Of a stretch of 64,000 nt of DNA, positions 53,701 to 63,839 are shown in pieces. Under the pieces are notes generated by a model. The model made no database searches. It saw nothing but the letters and a program-made list of their open reading frames with translations, and was not told where the DNA came from. The stretch spans positions 124,001 to 188,000 of the forward strand of contig JAQGDQ010002386.1 of the NCBI GenBank assembly GCA_030141605.1, read 5' to 3'. Every line of letters begins with the position of its first letter. The stretch's first letter is position 1. Position numbers and translations under genes: made by a program. This DNA comes from Tubiluchus corallicola. Lineage: Eukaryota > Animalia > Priapulida.

Positions 53701-56700
53701 ACGTCCAGCAGTGTGAAAACTTCTGCAACAAACTTAAGCAGGTTTGATTTGCATGCCTTGAAAATTAAAGAACAGAAACTAAAATTACAAGCCATGGAAA
53801 TCAAACATTTGAGCCTGCAAAAGGCTAGTCAGGGTTCTGCTAGTTCAGATGTGGCTTCGCCTGTAGCCAAAGAAATATCAAGTGCAGAAAAGGTCAATGA
53901 GTGGATTGAAAAGTCACACAAAGATGTCACAGAAGTCTCGTCACCTGAAGGGCTCATCAAACCCGAAGCTTACGTTACTATGGCTACCAATGATAAATAC
54001 GCCATAGGTGCTCTAGTACTGGCTTCTTCGCTATGTAATGTTGGTATTACACTTAGTTTAGCGATATTAATTACAACTGGAATTTCTAAACCCATAATGA
54101 CGCAGATAAGCGCCACCTTTGATCACGTGGAGCTTGTGGAAGCTATTGACAGTTCACATGTAAAAAGTCTACAATTACTAGGACGGCCCGAATTAAAGGT
54201 GACTTTTACAAAACTGCATTGTTGGAGGCTAACTCAGTTCTCAAAATTTGATTTTTGGATTCTGATGTAATTGTCCTGCAAAACATAGATGATTTATTTA
54301 GCTGGAACGAACTGTCAGCAGTTGCAGATATTGGCTGGCCTGATTGTTTTAATAGCGGACTTTTCGTTTTTGAACCTAATCTTAGCACGTACAGTGAATT
54401 GAGGTCATTCGCTCAGTCAGATTCAAGCACATTCGACGGTGGAGAGCAAGGTCTACTAAACCAGTATTTTAAAGCCTGGAATACAGCTTTTGATAAACGA
54501 TTGCCATACAGGTATAATGTAGCAGTAAAGCAGTTTCGAGAAAGTGTCAAGGTTGCTCATTTCATGGGTCCTAGTAAGCCCTGGGACAGTATACGCAGCA
54601 TTTATCACAAGCAAGTGGCGCCAGCTACAGGTAAAACAGACTTTGAATCTGAAATGTTAAATATTTGGTGGTCACTTTACATTCATGAGGTCGAACCAAA
54701 CTGGCCTCATGAATTAGAACTAATAAATAAAGCTAATGTTCAGCAGCACATTCCTACCCGAACAAAACTCAGTCCTGATGCACCTGAATTTGCCACTCGC
54801 TTACATGACAGGAGCAGTGTTCATAGAAAATTATACACATGATGACGGGGCGAGATATACCAGGCTTTTACAATTTTGCACGGGCGAAGCAAAACGGGTT
54901 GTCGAAAGTTGCAGTTATATGGACCCGCAGATCGCATACAGTCATGCTAAGCAAATGCTTATTGAACGTTTCGGGTCACCCTTTATTGTAACACAAGCGT
55001 GGTTGGCTAAAATAAATGAGTTTGCAGTCATAAAAATAATGAAAAGGAAAAACTCAGGGAATTTTCTGACTTGATGATTGGTTGTGTAGAGACATTAAAG
55101 GCCATGGACAATTTAGCCGAAATAAATACACAAACAAGTTTGCTTCAAGTCATTAAGAAACTCCCATTCCGTTTGCAAGACAAATGGAGAGACGTTGTTA
55201 CCAAGTTAAATAAACATGATGGCAGAAATCCTACAATTTACGACGTGGTGGGATTTGTCAAAGAGGCGACTGAAAAAATAAACCATCCCGTGTTTGGTGA
55301 CCTTGCAACCGGTGGTCAAATGAACATTACAAAACGCAAGAATAAATTAGCAACTAGGAATTTCGCATGCACTACCTTTCGAACAAGAAGTTCATCCAGA
55401 GAAGAAAAATCGAGTCAAACAGGCGGAACGCCAAAGGATAGAAAATTAAGCAGTAGAGATGTCAGAAAATGTGTTCTGCAACTCAGCCGAGCATGTTTCT
55501 CTAAAAAACTGTGAACAGTTTAAAGACAAGTCGGAAGAAGAGAGACTACAGTTTGCTCGGAAAAGTCGCTTATGTTTTAACTGCTTACAGAAAGGGAACC
55601 AAAGAGCTGGAAGCTGTTACAAACCAGGCTGTACAAGACAGGGATGCAGAAGAAAACATTCTGCTCTGCTTCATGACGCTCTGGAGAAGTGGGCTCCTTC
55701 CAATGGCGAGAGGTCAACAAATGTTGAAGCAACAAGTTGCGCTGTCACTACAACCAAACTGTCAACAAGGGCTGTGCTCCCCATCACTCCTGTAAAGGTA
55801 CAGGTGCAAGGCGGACGTCCAATTCAGACAATGGCTTTGTTGGACCCAGGATCAACTAATACGTTCTGTTCCAAGGCCATATATGATGAGCTGGGAGCTG
55901 TTGGCAAGAAACAAGTCGTGTCACTGACTACAATTGAAAAGAAGCATTCAAAAATACATACTTCTGTGACCAAGATGTACGTCAGTAAGTTGGATGGATC
56001 AAACAAAATGAAACTTCCCTTTGTCTTTGTCAGGCCATCTTTGATGTTGGATGTGACTGACTATTTGGTAGACGAACAAGACATTAGTAACTGGCCTCAT
56101 CTCAAAGATGTTCCTTTGACGCTAGCTGATTCACGTGAACTGCAGCTCGGGTTAATTATAGGACAAGACGTCTCTGATGCATTAATGCCTTTAGAAACAC
56201 GCTGTGGGCCAAGAGGAGTTCCGTATGCAACAAGGACTAGACTTGGATGGACATTAAATGGCCTGATAGGAGGCGGCAATGAGGACACTAAAAAGCTGTC
56301 AAACAACCTTCTTCAGGCAGAACAGGTTACCAGCCAGCGACAAGTCGAAAAATTTTGGAAAATGGACGCTGTTGACGATAGCATACAGTACTCCCATGAC
56401 GATAAGTTGGCGCTGAGCATTTGGGAGAAGTCCATCACCAAAAGAAATGGTCACTACGAATTGGAGATACCTTTTAAGTCTAATGATGACAACATTCCTG
56501 ACAGTTTTCAAATGGCTTCAAAGAGGTTGGCAAGCCTTCGCTGTAGACTCAGCAAGAATAAGTTGTTGCATGAAAAATACTCCCAAGCCATGGCTGATCT
56601 GCTCCAAAAGGGATACGCAGAAGAAGTTGTTGAACATGATACGAATGTTGCAACATGGTACTTGTCACATTTTCCAGTTTTTAATGAGAACAAACCCGAA

Positions 56701-59700
56701 AAAACTAGGATCGTATTTGATTGTTCGGCAACAGAAGACGCAGTCTCTCTCAACATGTTGGCACTACAAGGTCCAGATCTGACTAATAAATTGCTTGGTG
56801 TCCTGCTATGCTTTAGAAAGTATCCAGTAGTAATCATGGCTGATGTTCGTGAGATGTTTCACCAGGTGTACGTAGCACCGAAGAATAGGGACATGTTGAG
56901 ATTTCTCTGGTGGAATGATGGAAACCTAGATGCGCCACCCTCCATATTTCGAATGACAGTCCACCTTTTTGGCGGTGTGTGGTCGCCCAGCGTAGCTTCA
57001 TTTGCTCTCCAACAGACAGCTAGAGATAACGTCAACTGTTTTGATGAGCATGCATTAAATACGGTGGTACATAGCTTCTATGTCGACGACCCCTTTAAAT
57101 CTGTGGAAACTGCAAAAGAACCAATCGATTTGATGTCAAAATTAATACAGATTCTAGACACTGGAGGTTTCCACTTGACCAAATGGATGAGTAACGACAG
57201 AGACGTATTAGCATGTGTGCCAATTGAAGAACGAGGAAAGAACATTAAGAATCTTGATCTAACCCAGGACGATCTACCAAATGAACGAGCCTTAGGGGTT
57301 AAATGGGATGTCAAAAGCGATATACTTGGCATTCAGGTTAAGCTGCGAGAAAAGCCAAGCACCAAGCGGGGACTACTTAGGTCATTAGCAAGCACCTATG
57401 ATCCCCTAGGCATGGTCTCGCCTTTCATTTTACAAGCGAAAAGACTGTTTCAGAACGAATGCCGGATCCAGGAAAAATCATGGGATGATAGACTGGAAGA
57501 AGAGACTGAGAAAAGTTGGGATAAATGGAAATCTGATTGTCCTGCACTAGAATACTTTACGCTAGACAGATGCCTGAAGCCAAGAGATTTTGGAAGAATT
57601 GCTGACTTGCAGCTGCATCACTTCAGCGATGCATCCCAGTATGCTTACGGCACTGTAACTTATGCACGGATGGAAAATGCTGATGGAGTTGTACACACAG
57701 CATTTGTAATGGCAAAGTCTAGGCTAGCACCTATGAAAAGCCTAACCATACCACGCCTTGAGTTGTGCACAGCAGTATTAGCCTCAACTGTCGACAAACA
57801 ACTGAGAAGAGAATTGTCCATACCCATCAGCGAGTTCGTGTTTTGGTGTGACAGCACTATAGTGCTTCAATACATACGCAACACCACAAGACGTTTCCAT
57901 ACTTTCGTGCAAAATAGAGTGACTACCATACTAGAAACTTCGTCGCCAGTTCAGTGGCATTATATCAGTACCGCAGATAATCCAGCTGATGACGTATCCC
58001 GAGGAATGGACGCCAATGCCTTAGTAAAATCTCAGCGTTGGAAATATGGTCCTAGTTTTCTGCGAAAAGCCCAACATGAATGGCCGCAGCATGATCCGAG
58101 CAAAGAAAATGATGAACTTAACGACGATAAAGAAGTCAAGCAGACGACATGTTCCACTACTGTAAAACACATACAGGATAGAAACGACACAATTAGCAAG
58201 CACATTGAACATTTTTCGTCATTTTACAACCTCAAGAAAGCAGCAGCTTGGATTCTTCGTCTGAAGGACATTTTGCAAAAGAAGATCAGAGGAGAAAAAC
58301 CTGAAGTACCTCCAAAGTTAACAGTGCAAGAGCTGACAAGAGCTCAAGATGCATTAGTAAAATTCGTTCGGACTCAGAACTTTGGCATGGAATATAAGGC
58401 GCTTACACAAAAATCTGCTAAATTGATGCGCATCCCTAAATCAAGCAGGCTACGAAAACTTGATCCGTTCATTTGCGAGAAGGGTTTGCTACGTGTTGGT
58501 GGACGACTGAAGGCGCCAGGCACCCTATGATATTACCGAGAAAGCATAAGCTGTCAGAGCTAATCATTCGTCATTACCACGAAACGAACGGCCACATTGG
58601 CAGGGAACATGTCATAGCTTTAGTAAGAAATGAATTTCGGATAATTCATGCAAGAGCCTTGGCACGCAAAGTCCTGTACGAATGCCGACATTGCAGGCTT
58701 CGCAAGCCATCTTTCCTTGATCAAAAGATGGCAGATTTGCCTATTGACAGACTACAGCCATCAGACGCTTTTACCACTATTGGCATTGATTGTTTTGGCC
58801 CGATACAGACCAAGAGAGGTCGCTCACACATTAAACGCTATGGAGTCATCTTTACATGCCTAGCTACACGCAGTATTCACTTGGAAGTCCTATTTGACAT
58901 GTCCACTGATTCGGTTATAAAGGCGATTAACAGATTTTGCTGCCGCCGAAGGAAGCCAGACAAAATCAGGTCAGATTGTGGGACTAATTTTGTAGGAGCA
59001 AGCAGAGAGCTGAGAAAGTCTATAGCCGAGTGGAACAATGACGTCATACATTCAGAGCTTCTTCAGCGGCAAATAGAATGGCAATTCAACCCACCAAGAG
59101 CCCCACACATGGAAGGTGTTTGGGAGTCTCTCATTAAGAGTGTGAAGAAGATTCTCTTTCCAACGAACAAACCTTGGATGATGAAGGCTTGGCAACCCTG
59201 TTTTGTATAGTTGAAAATATAGTTAATAGCAGACCGCTAACTACAGTTTCTGACGATGTTGACGACTTCAATCCGTTGACTCCGAATCACTTTCTTCAGA
59301 TCAGCGCAGTTCCAAACCTGCCTTTGGGAAAGTTTTGTCAGGCAGATCTCTTTCGACGAAAGTGGAGACAAATACAGTATCTCTCGGATATCTTTTGGCG
59401 CAGATGGTTGACTGAATATTTGCCCACTCTACAGACTCGAAGCAAATGGAACAAGGAGCAGAAGAATGTTGAAATAGGAGACATCGTATTAGTTCTGGAT
59501 GAGACACCAAGGAATCACTGGATGCTAGGACGGATCATTGAAGCACGGAAAAGCAGTGATGGACTAGTGAGAAGTGTGATGTTGAAGACTAGAGATGGGA
59601 CTCTAAAACGACCAATTCATAAAATAAGTTTAATCGAATGTAACAATTAGTTGATTTTGTTAAGCATTCATAAACTGTATGTTTAAGTTAAACTTTGAAG

Positions 59701-62700
59701 TAGATGTATGTCAATTTAGTCAGTCATGATATGTTATTACACTGTTGGTTTCCTTTAATTTTGTAAATGCTGCAGGAGAGCATTTAAGGAGGCAGTGTTT
59801 TGGATATAAGCACGTGGTGCCTCCTGGTGTTTGTTTTTCCTAGTTTAGACAGGTGAGCTAGGTCAGGAAATAGGCCATTGGCCTCATTTCACAGTTAGCA
59901 TATGAAATAAGTGAGTCACCGGTATGCGGCAAAGATGTAAGTTTCATTTCTTCACATTTCGTCATGTCATATTATTATTAATTATCATTATACCAGTTAC
60001 TTAATGTTTTGACGTTGGTTTAGCAGAAAGAATTTTTAATTTTTCTTCAGATAAAACGAAGTCGAACGCATGTCGTGTACACTAGGTAATAGGAATGCTT
60101 CAGAAAAAAGAACCAAACTGTAAACACTGAAAAGTTAAAAAGAGCTTCAGATGAATTTTTTCAATGTGCGCCATTTTACAGTGTCTGTGTGGGCCAGTAA
60201 GTGGCGTACTCTACCGGCGTTGTTTTGTAACTTTTGATTTTCTTTCGAAACGCGGCACAAATAGCAAAGAAGGGTTGCAGTTTATACAATGAAAATTGGA
60301 ACATACGATACTTTGAGGCTTCATACTGTACAAAAAATATGACTGTATGAAGAAGAAAGCCAATGTTCTAGCACATTAAGTGCTTGTTAAGAACAATAAT
60401 TTTCTTGCTTGTAGTCCTTCGTTGTTTTGAATACATGACTTTTTGTATCATGCAACTTTGAAGGTTTTTGACTTTCCAGCAGATTTCACTTTAAAGATGT
60501 TTTCACGTGTCAGCTCCAAGATGCGTAAAGATTAGGAAACTTGAAACTTTGAAGCCCTGTACATTTCCTTGAGTACTGTTTCTTTCAGTTGCTCAGCACA
60601 TATATACACTCACATACTGACTGACCTTACTGACTAACCAGCTAACTAGCTATGATTTACTTAGTGTCGGTTAGTTATTTAATTAGTTAGTGTTGGTCTA
60701 GCTAAGCTAATCAGAGAGTCAATCAATTAGTTTTGGCAATTTTGTGGTATGGCAGGTTTGGTGGTATGGCAGGTTTGGCGATATGGCACATTTAGCACTA
60801 TGGCGGTATAGCAGGTTTGGCAATGTGGCATTTGGCGGGTGGTGTTGGTATGGGAAGGAGGTAGAGTGTCGACAATGGGACTGATATAGGAAGGTAGAAG
60901 GGTGTTAGGGTGTGAGGAAAACCACCTAAACTGCAAGTGCGCCACAATGGCCCGAAATAAAGACCACCGAGCATTCCCTTTGGAATGCCGCTATGAACAT
61001 TAATCCACTCATAGATAATACATTTAAAACTCCTGACAAAGACAATTTGTTACCTAGAGTCTTAATTGATACAAAGGATCACATTTCAGCCCCTTTAGCA
61101 CATGTTATAAACTTATCCCTCGAAAATGGATGTATTCCTAATAAGCTAAAGGAGTCGGTAATTGTTCCTTTGTTTAAAGCTAAGAACCCTATGGACTTGA
61201 GGAATTATAGACCCATCTCCCTCCTACCATTTTTTCTAAAATTTTTGAAAACTTTTTGAGTTCAGTTGTCAGATTACCTAAACAAAAAAAAATATTATTA
61301 ATACAGAACAGTTTGGGTTCAGGAAAGGTTGTTCAACTGAAATAGCTTTAGTTAAAATTGTAGAAAACAAAATAATTAAATACAGAAGGTAAAAAAGGTC
61401 ACTTGGTATTTTTTGCTACCTGTCAAAAGCTTTTGACTCGGTCGATCATGATATACTACTATCAAAACTATTTTACTATGGAATCAGGGACAAGGCTCAT
61501 CAGCGGTTAGAAAATTACCTTAAAGAGCATACACAAGTAGTTAAATATAATGGTTGTTTCTCTTCAGAAAAAATATAACTCATGGTGTGCCGCAAGGGTC
61601 AATTTTGAGACCACTTTTGTTCTAAATATATATAAATGATTTATTACATTTCCTAATTAGTTCTGTGGAAGTTGTAACTGTATATTTTTAGGTGCTGCCA
61701 TCTATTAACTAATCACTTTACATTTTACCAGCTAAACTCACCCATAATATAATTGTTCGGTCCAGTGAATATGCATACTCACTGGATCTCTCCCTATTTT
61801 ACTGTAATGGTATTTGTGAAGCCAAGTTTGCATAATTACCTATACCTATATATACTGACTGGATTCTACTTCTAGTCACTCTCTGTCTCACTCTCAATGC
61901 AGTGCAGAAGTCATGCTAGTCGTGCTACACAACTGTCTAACTCACACTCTGTGCAGTGCAGCAGTCGTGATCCTCATTTTACTTACTGTCTAACTCTCAG
62001 TGATCAGTGCAGGACATTCTTGTCCTCAGTGTGCAGTGTAGCAGTCATTCTACATATGTGTATGTAGTCTAATAAATGTTTCAGTTTTGTGCAGATATGT
62101 GGTATAGTGTTTTATTCTTTTTCTACAAAGTGTTCAACTACAACTTCATACAAGACTTTCACAAGTTCCAAAATGATTCAATATGCTGACGACACTAGCC
62201 TCCTTTTTAATATTAATCAGTTCAATGCGCAAAACACAGACAAGATAAATGATGAACTCGAACAAATTCCTATGTGATTCAAAATTAATAAGCTTTCCCC
62301 AAATCCGTCAAAAACTAAATACATTGTTTTTAGGTCGCGTTATAAAAATATTCTAAGTAATATTGACATCAACATAGCTCAGGTGCCCATAACATGAGTA
62401 AATGAAATGAAATTTTTAGGTGTAATCATTAATGAATTTTTAGATTGGCAAGCACACATTAATAAGCTATGAGTTAAAATGTCTAAAAACATAGGAATTA
62501 TTTAACATATAAAACAATATACTTCCAAAAAAACATATGATTTCACTATACAGTAGTCTTGTTTTGCCATATCTGACCTACTGTGCAATCCTGTGGGGTA
62601 CAACGTATGCCAGTGTGTTAAACAGTATGACAACGCAAATGCAACCGTCAGATGTATAACTTACGGAAAAGATTCCAGATAGGCAACAATTATTTCAATG

Positions 62701-63527
62701 AAAACAGAATTTTATTATTTGATAATTTAGACAAATGATTAAAAATAGCCCTTCCGTTAAAAAATTTGAAGAAACATTTAAACTACAAAACTTCAACTTG
62801 TATAGTACTTCATAGTTTTTTCCCTTCCTCTTAACCCAGTAAAGTTCATCCTCTGCAATATAATCATTATTTGTTATTTCAGTTCTAGGTTAATATACCA
62901 TTGGCAGTCACAGCATGATGCTAGCCATGGCGTATTCGTATAACGTACGCAATTATTATTAATTATCATTTACTGAATTCATTATTACATATGATTGCAC
63001 GTCGGCACTATCATAATAACTATAATTCTCACATCTTTTTCTGTTCTTTTCTCGTTTTAACCATAACATTTTTTACTTATTCCTGTTCTACATGCTTTTG
63101 TATATAAATTCTCCTCCTTATTTCTATTTCACATTCAGCCATTCTTACATTTACAAGCTATTAGTATTAATAAGCTTCTTGCTGCAGTGGTGTTATCATG
63201 AATTGATACTAATATTTATAACTATATCCGTTAATTTCAACTAAATCACACAATGATGTACATTATATGTACGTAAAATGTATGTTACTAGTATGGTAAT
63301 TACTATTTATGTGAAATAAATAAGTAAAATTGAAAAAATAAATAAAATTGAAACTCTACGTTACCTCCTGCAAGAAAAGAACTAAACCAAGAAGATTAAA
63401 TCTCAAAAAGCTAAATAAATAACAGTAAACATCAAGCAAAAAAATAAACTCAATAGAAAGACGCGAGTTCATTAAAAAATGTATTAAAGAAATGTATCTA
63501 TTGTTCACTGACCTGCATTGACGCCAT
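44773..63527 (-). CDS. UBE2W: Ubiquitin-conjugating enzyme E2 W, complete CDS, 6 exons, 148 aa
   Basis: Minus-strand exons 63527-63513, 47634-47552, 47173-47071, 45814-45659, 45178-45103 and 44786-44773 join in frame (447 nt): [12 protein letters not shown]...[13 protein letters not shown]...[15 protein letters not shown]...[15 protein letters not shown]. Confidence 0.95.
45103..45178 (-). CDS. UBE2W: UBE2W exon 5
   Basis: [25 protein letters not shown]; G|gtaagt. Confidence 0.94.
45360..45562 (-). mobile_element. 5S rRNA-derived SINE (head plus body) in a UBE2W intron
   Basis: Minus strand ggctagtggtcatgcg...aaagttaagcaacaccaaggttggccaactcatggatgtgtaactg resembles a 5S-type SINE head. Confidence 0.45.
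45659..45814 (-). CDS. UBE2W: UBE2W exon 4 (catalytic Cys)
   Basis: [52 protein letters not shown]; HPH in place of HPN is typical of UBE2W. Confidence 0.95.
47071..47173 (-). CDS. UBE2W: UBE2W exon 3
   Basis: [34 protein letters not shown]. Confidence 0.94.
47552..47634 (-). CDS. UBE2W: UBE2W exon 2
   Basis: [27 protein letters not shown]; AC|gtatgt. Confidence 0.92.
47900..48360 (-). mobile_element. Highly decayed LINE reverse transcriptase fragment
   Basis: Minus-strand remnants FGYRPG, ADFxK and [10 protein letters not shown] resemble the QxGFR, DFxKAFD and PQGSILSPLLF motifs. Confidence 0.3.
49210..49715 (-). mobile_element. CR1-clade LINE 3' fragment
   Basis: Minus-strand remnants ISPLLEYAV and [27 protein letters not shown] are typical of the CR1 ORF2 C-terminus. 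Confidence 0.6.
49720..52651 (+). mobile_element. Old, internally deleted BEL/Pao LTR retrotransposon relic
   Basis: Gag remnants ([24 protein letters not shown]), pol remnants ([43 protein letters not shown]) and integrase remnants ([39 protein letters not shown]). PPT agagggggag at 52091-52100 is followed by a TG-starting LTR at 52101 (right end uncertain). An unrelated insert occupies ~50350-50870. Confidence 0.75.
53081..53366 (+). repeat. 5' LTR (286 bp)
   Basis: Direct repeat of 59796-60081 with 3 substitutions by manual comparison. Confidence 0.96.
53449..55700 (+). pseudogene. BEL gag (frameshifted): SAP domain, glycogenin domain, PAM2-like motif, capsid-like region, three Zn-knuckle-like motifs
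   Basis: ORF pieces 53449-54270, 54255-54842, 54736-55074, 55071-55514 and the start of 55459. Motifs [38 protein letters not shown] and [10 protein letters not shown]. Confidence 0.85.
53965..54700 (+). CDS. Glycogenin-like GT8 glycosyltransferase domain embedded in gag (one 1-nt frameshift at ~54251)
   Basis: [109 protein letters not shown] and WWSLY are collinear with animal glycogenin; no introns. Confidence 0.93.
55459..58530 (+). CDS. BEL/Pao polyprotein: Zn knuckles, aspartic protease, reverse transcriptase, RNase H
   Basis: [11 protein letters not shown] (PR); [34 protein letters not shown] (RT); [33 protein letters not shown] (BEL RNase H). Confidence 0.95.
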   Translation: MSENVFCNSAEHVSLKNCEQFKDKSEEERLQFARKSRLCFNCLQKGNQRAGSCYKPGCTRQGCRRKHSALLHDALEKWAPSNGERSTNVEATSCAVTTTKLSTRAVLPITPVKVQVQGGRPIQTMALLDPGSTNTFCSKAIYDELGAVGKKQVVSLTTIEKKHSKIHTSVTKMYVSKLDGSNKMKLPFVFVRPSLMLDVTDYLVDEQDISNWPHLKDVPLTLADSRELQLGLIIGQDVSDALMPLETRCGPRGVPYATRTRLGWTLNGLIGGGNEDTKKLSNNLLQAEQVTSQRQVEKFWKMDAVDDSIQYSHDDKLALSIWEKSITKRNGHYELEIPFKSNDDNIPDSFQMASKRLASLRCRLSKNKLLHEKYSQAMADLLQKGYAEEVVEHDTNVATWYLSHFPVFNENKPEKTRIVFDCSATEDAVSLNMLALQGPDLTNKLLGVLLCFRKYPVVIMADVREMFHQVYVAPKNRDMLRFLWWNDGNLDAPPSIFRMTVHLFGGVWSPSVASFALQQTARDNVNCFDEHALNTVVHSFYVDDPFKSVETAKEPIDLMSKLIQILDTGGFHLTKWMSNDRDVLACVPIEERGKNIKNLDLTQDDLPNERALGVKWDVKSDILGIQVKLREKPSTKRGLLRSLASTYDPLGMVSPFILQAKRLFQNECRIQEKSWDDRLEEETEKSWDKWKSDCPALEYFTLDRCLKPRDFGRIADLQLHHFSDASQYAYGTVTYARMENADGVVHTAFVMAKSRLAPMKSLTIPRLELCTAVLASTVDKQLRRELSIPISEFVFWCDSTIVLQYIRNTTRRFHTFVQNRVTTILETSSPVQWHYISTADNPADDVSRGMDANALVKSQRWKYGPSFLRKAQHEWPQHDPSKENDELNDDKEVKQTTCSTTVKHIQDRNDTISKHIEHFSSFYNLKKAAAWILRLKDILQKKIRGEKPEVPPKLTVQELTRAQDALVKFVRTQNFGMEYKALTQKSAKLMRIPKSSRLRKLDPFICEKGLLRVGGRLKAPGTL
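58473..59650 (+). pseudogene. BEL/Pao integrase (frameshifts at ~58515 and ~59165)
   Basis: HHCC zinc motif (HETNGH...CRHC), [58 protein letters not shown]. Confidence 0.92.
59796..60081 (+). repeat. 3' LTR (286 bp)
   Basis: Direct repeat of the 5' LTR, preceded by aaggaggcag and followed by the TSD CTAGG. Confidence 0.96.
60990..62800 (+). mobile_element. Decayed L2/CR1-group LINE ORF2 (RT), interrupted by a ~500-bp insert
   Basis: [52 protein letters not shown], [insert], [15 protein letters not shown] and [12 protein letters not shown], with many stops and frameshifts. Confidence 0.85.
63513..63527 (-). CDS. UBE2W: UBE2W exon 1, coding part (MASMQ)
   Basis: ATG GCG TCA ATG CAG|gtcagt is phase-0 compatible with exon 2 and identical to the recalled vertebrate UBE2W N-terminus. 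A CpG-containing stretch lies just upstream. Confidence 0.88.
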
Positions 63528-63839
63528 ACTTTTTTGCTGTCAGCAGTGTGAATTTCGTCAACGCACCGCGTCGACAATCGTAACTCACAATTCCTTTATT
63601 CATTTAAAAACATAGAGGTATATACAATTATTTATGGCCGTTATAAACGAAATATTGATTTCCAAGAAAACTGTTACTCCGGGAATTATTTATTAATGAA
63701 GTTTTTAAATTTAGCTTAAAAACAAGATAGTGCTTTTTTGTTACGTGCATTGGTCATAATCGTGAAGAAGTCAAAGTCTCGAAAAATTGATGTGAAAAAA
63801 ACTTTTTGAGACTTAGTGGGCACTTTGACTTCTTTGCGA

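Larger units (their letters stand above)
53081..60081 (+). mobile_element. Full-length BEL/Pao LTR retrotransposon with a captured glycogenin domain
   Basis: TG...CA LTRs at 53081-53366 and 59796-60081; 5-bp TSD CTAGG at 53076-53080 and 60082-60086; purine tract before the 3' LTR; gag-PR-RT-RNaseH-IN order with BEL-specific motifs. Confidence 0.97.

Noticed and set aside
53965-54700. A normal host glycogenin gene
   Set aside because: It is intronless, fused to gag sequence on both sides, enclosed by LTRs with a TSD, and lacks its own terminus and the acceptor-Tyr loop.
59650-59795. Envelope gene in the BEL element
   Set aside because: Only about 145 bp separate the integrase stop from the 3' LTR.
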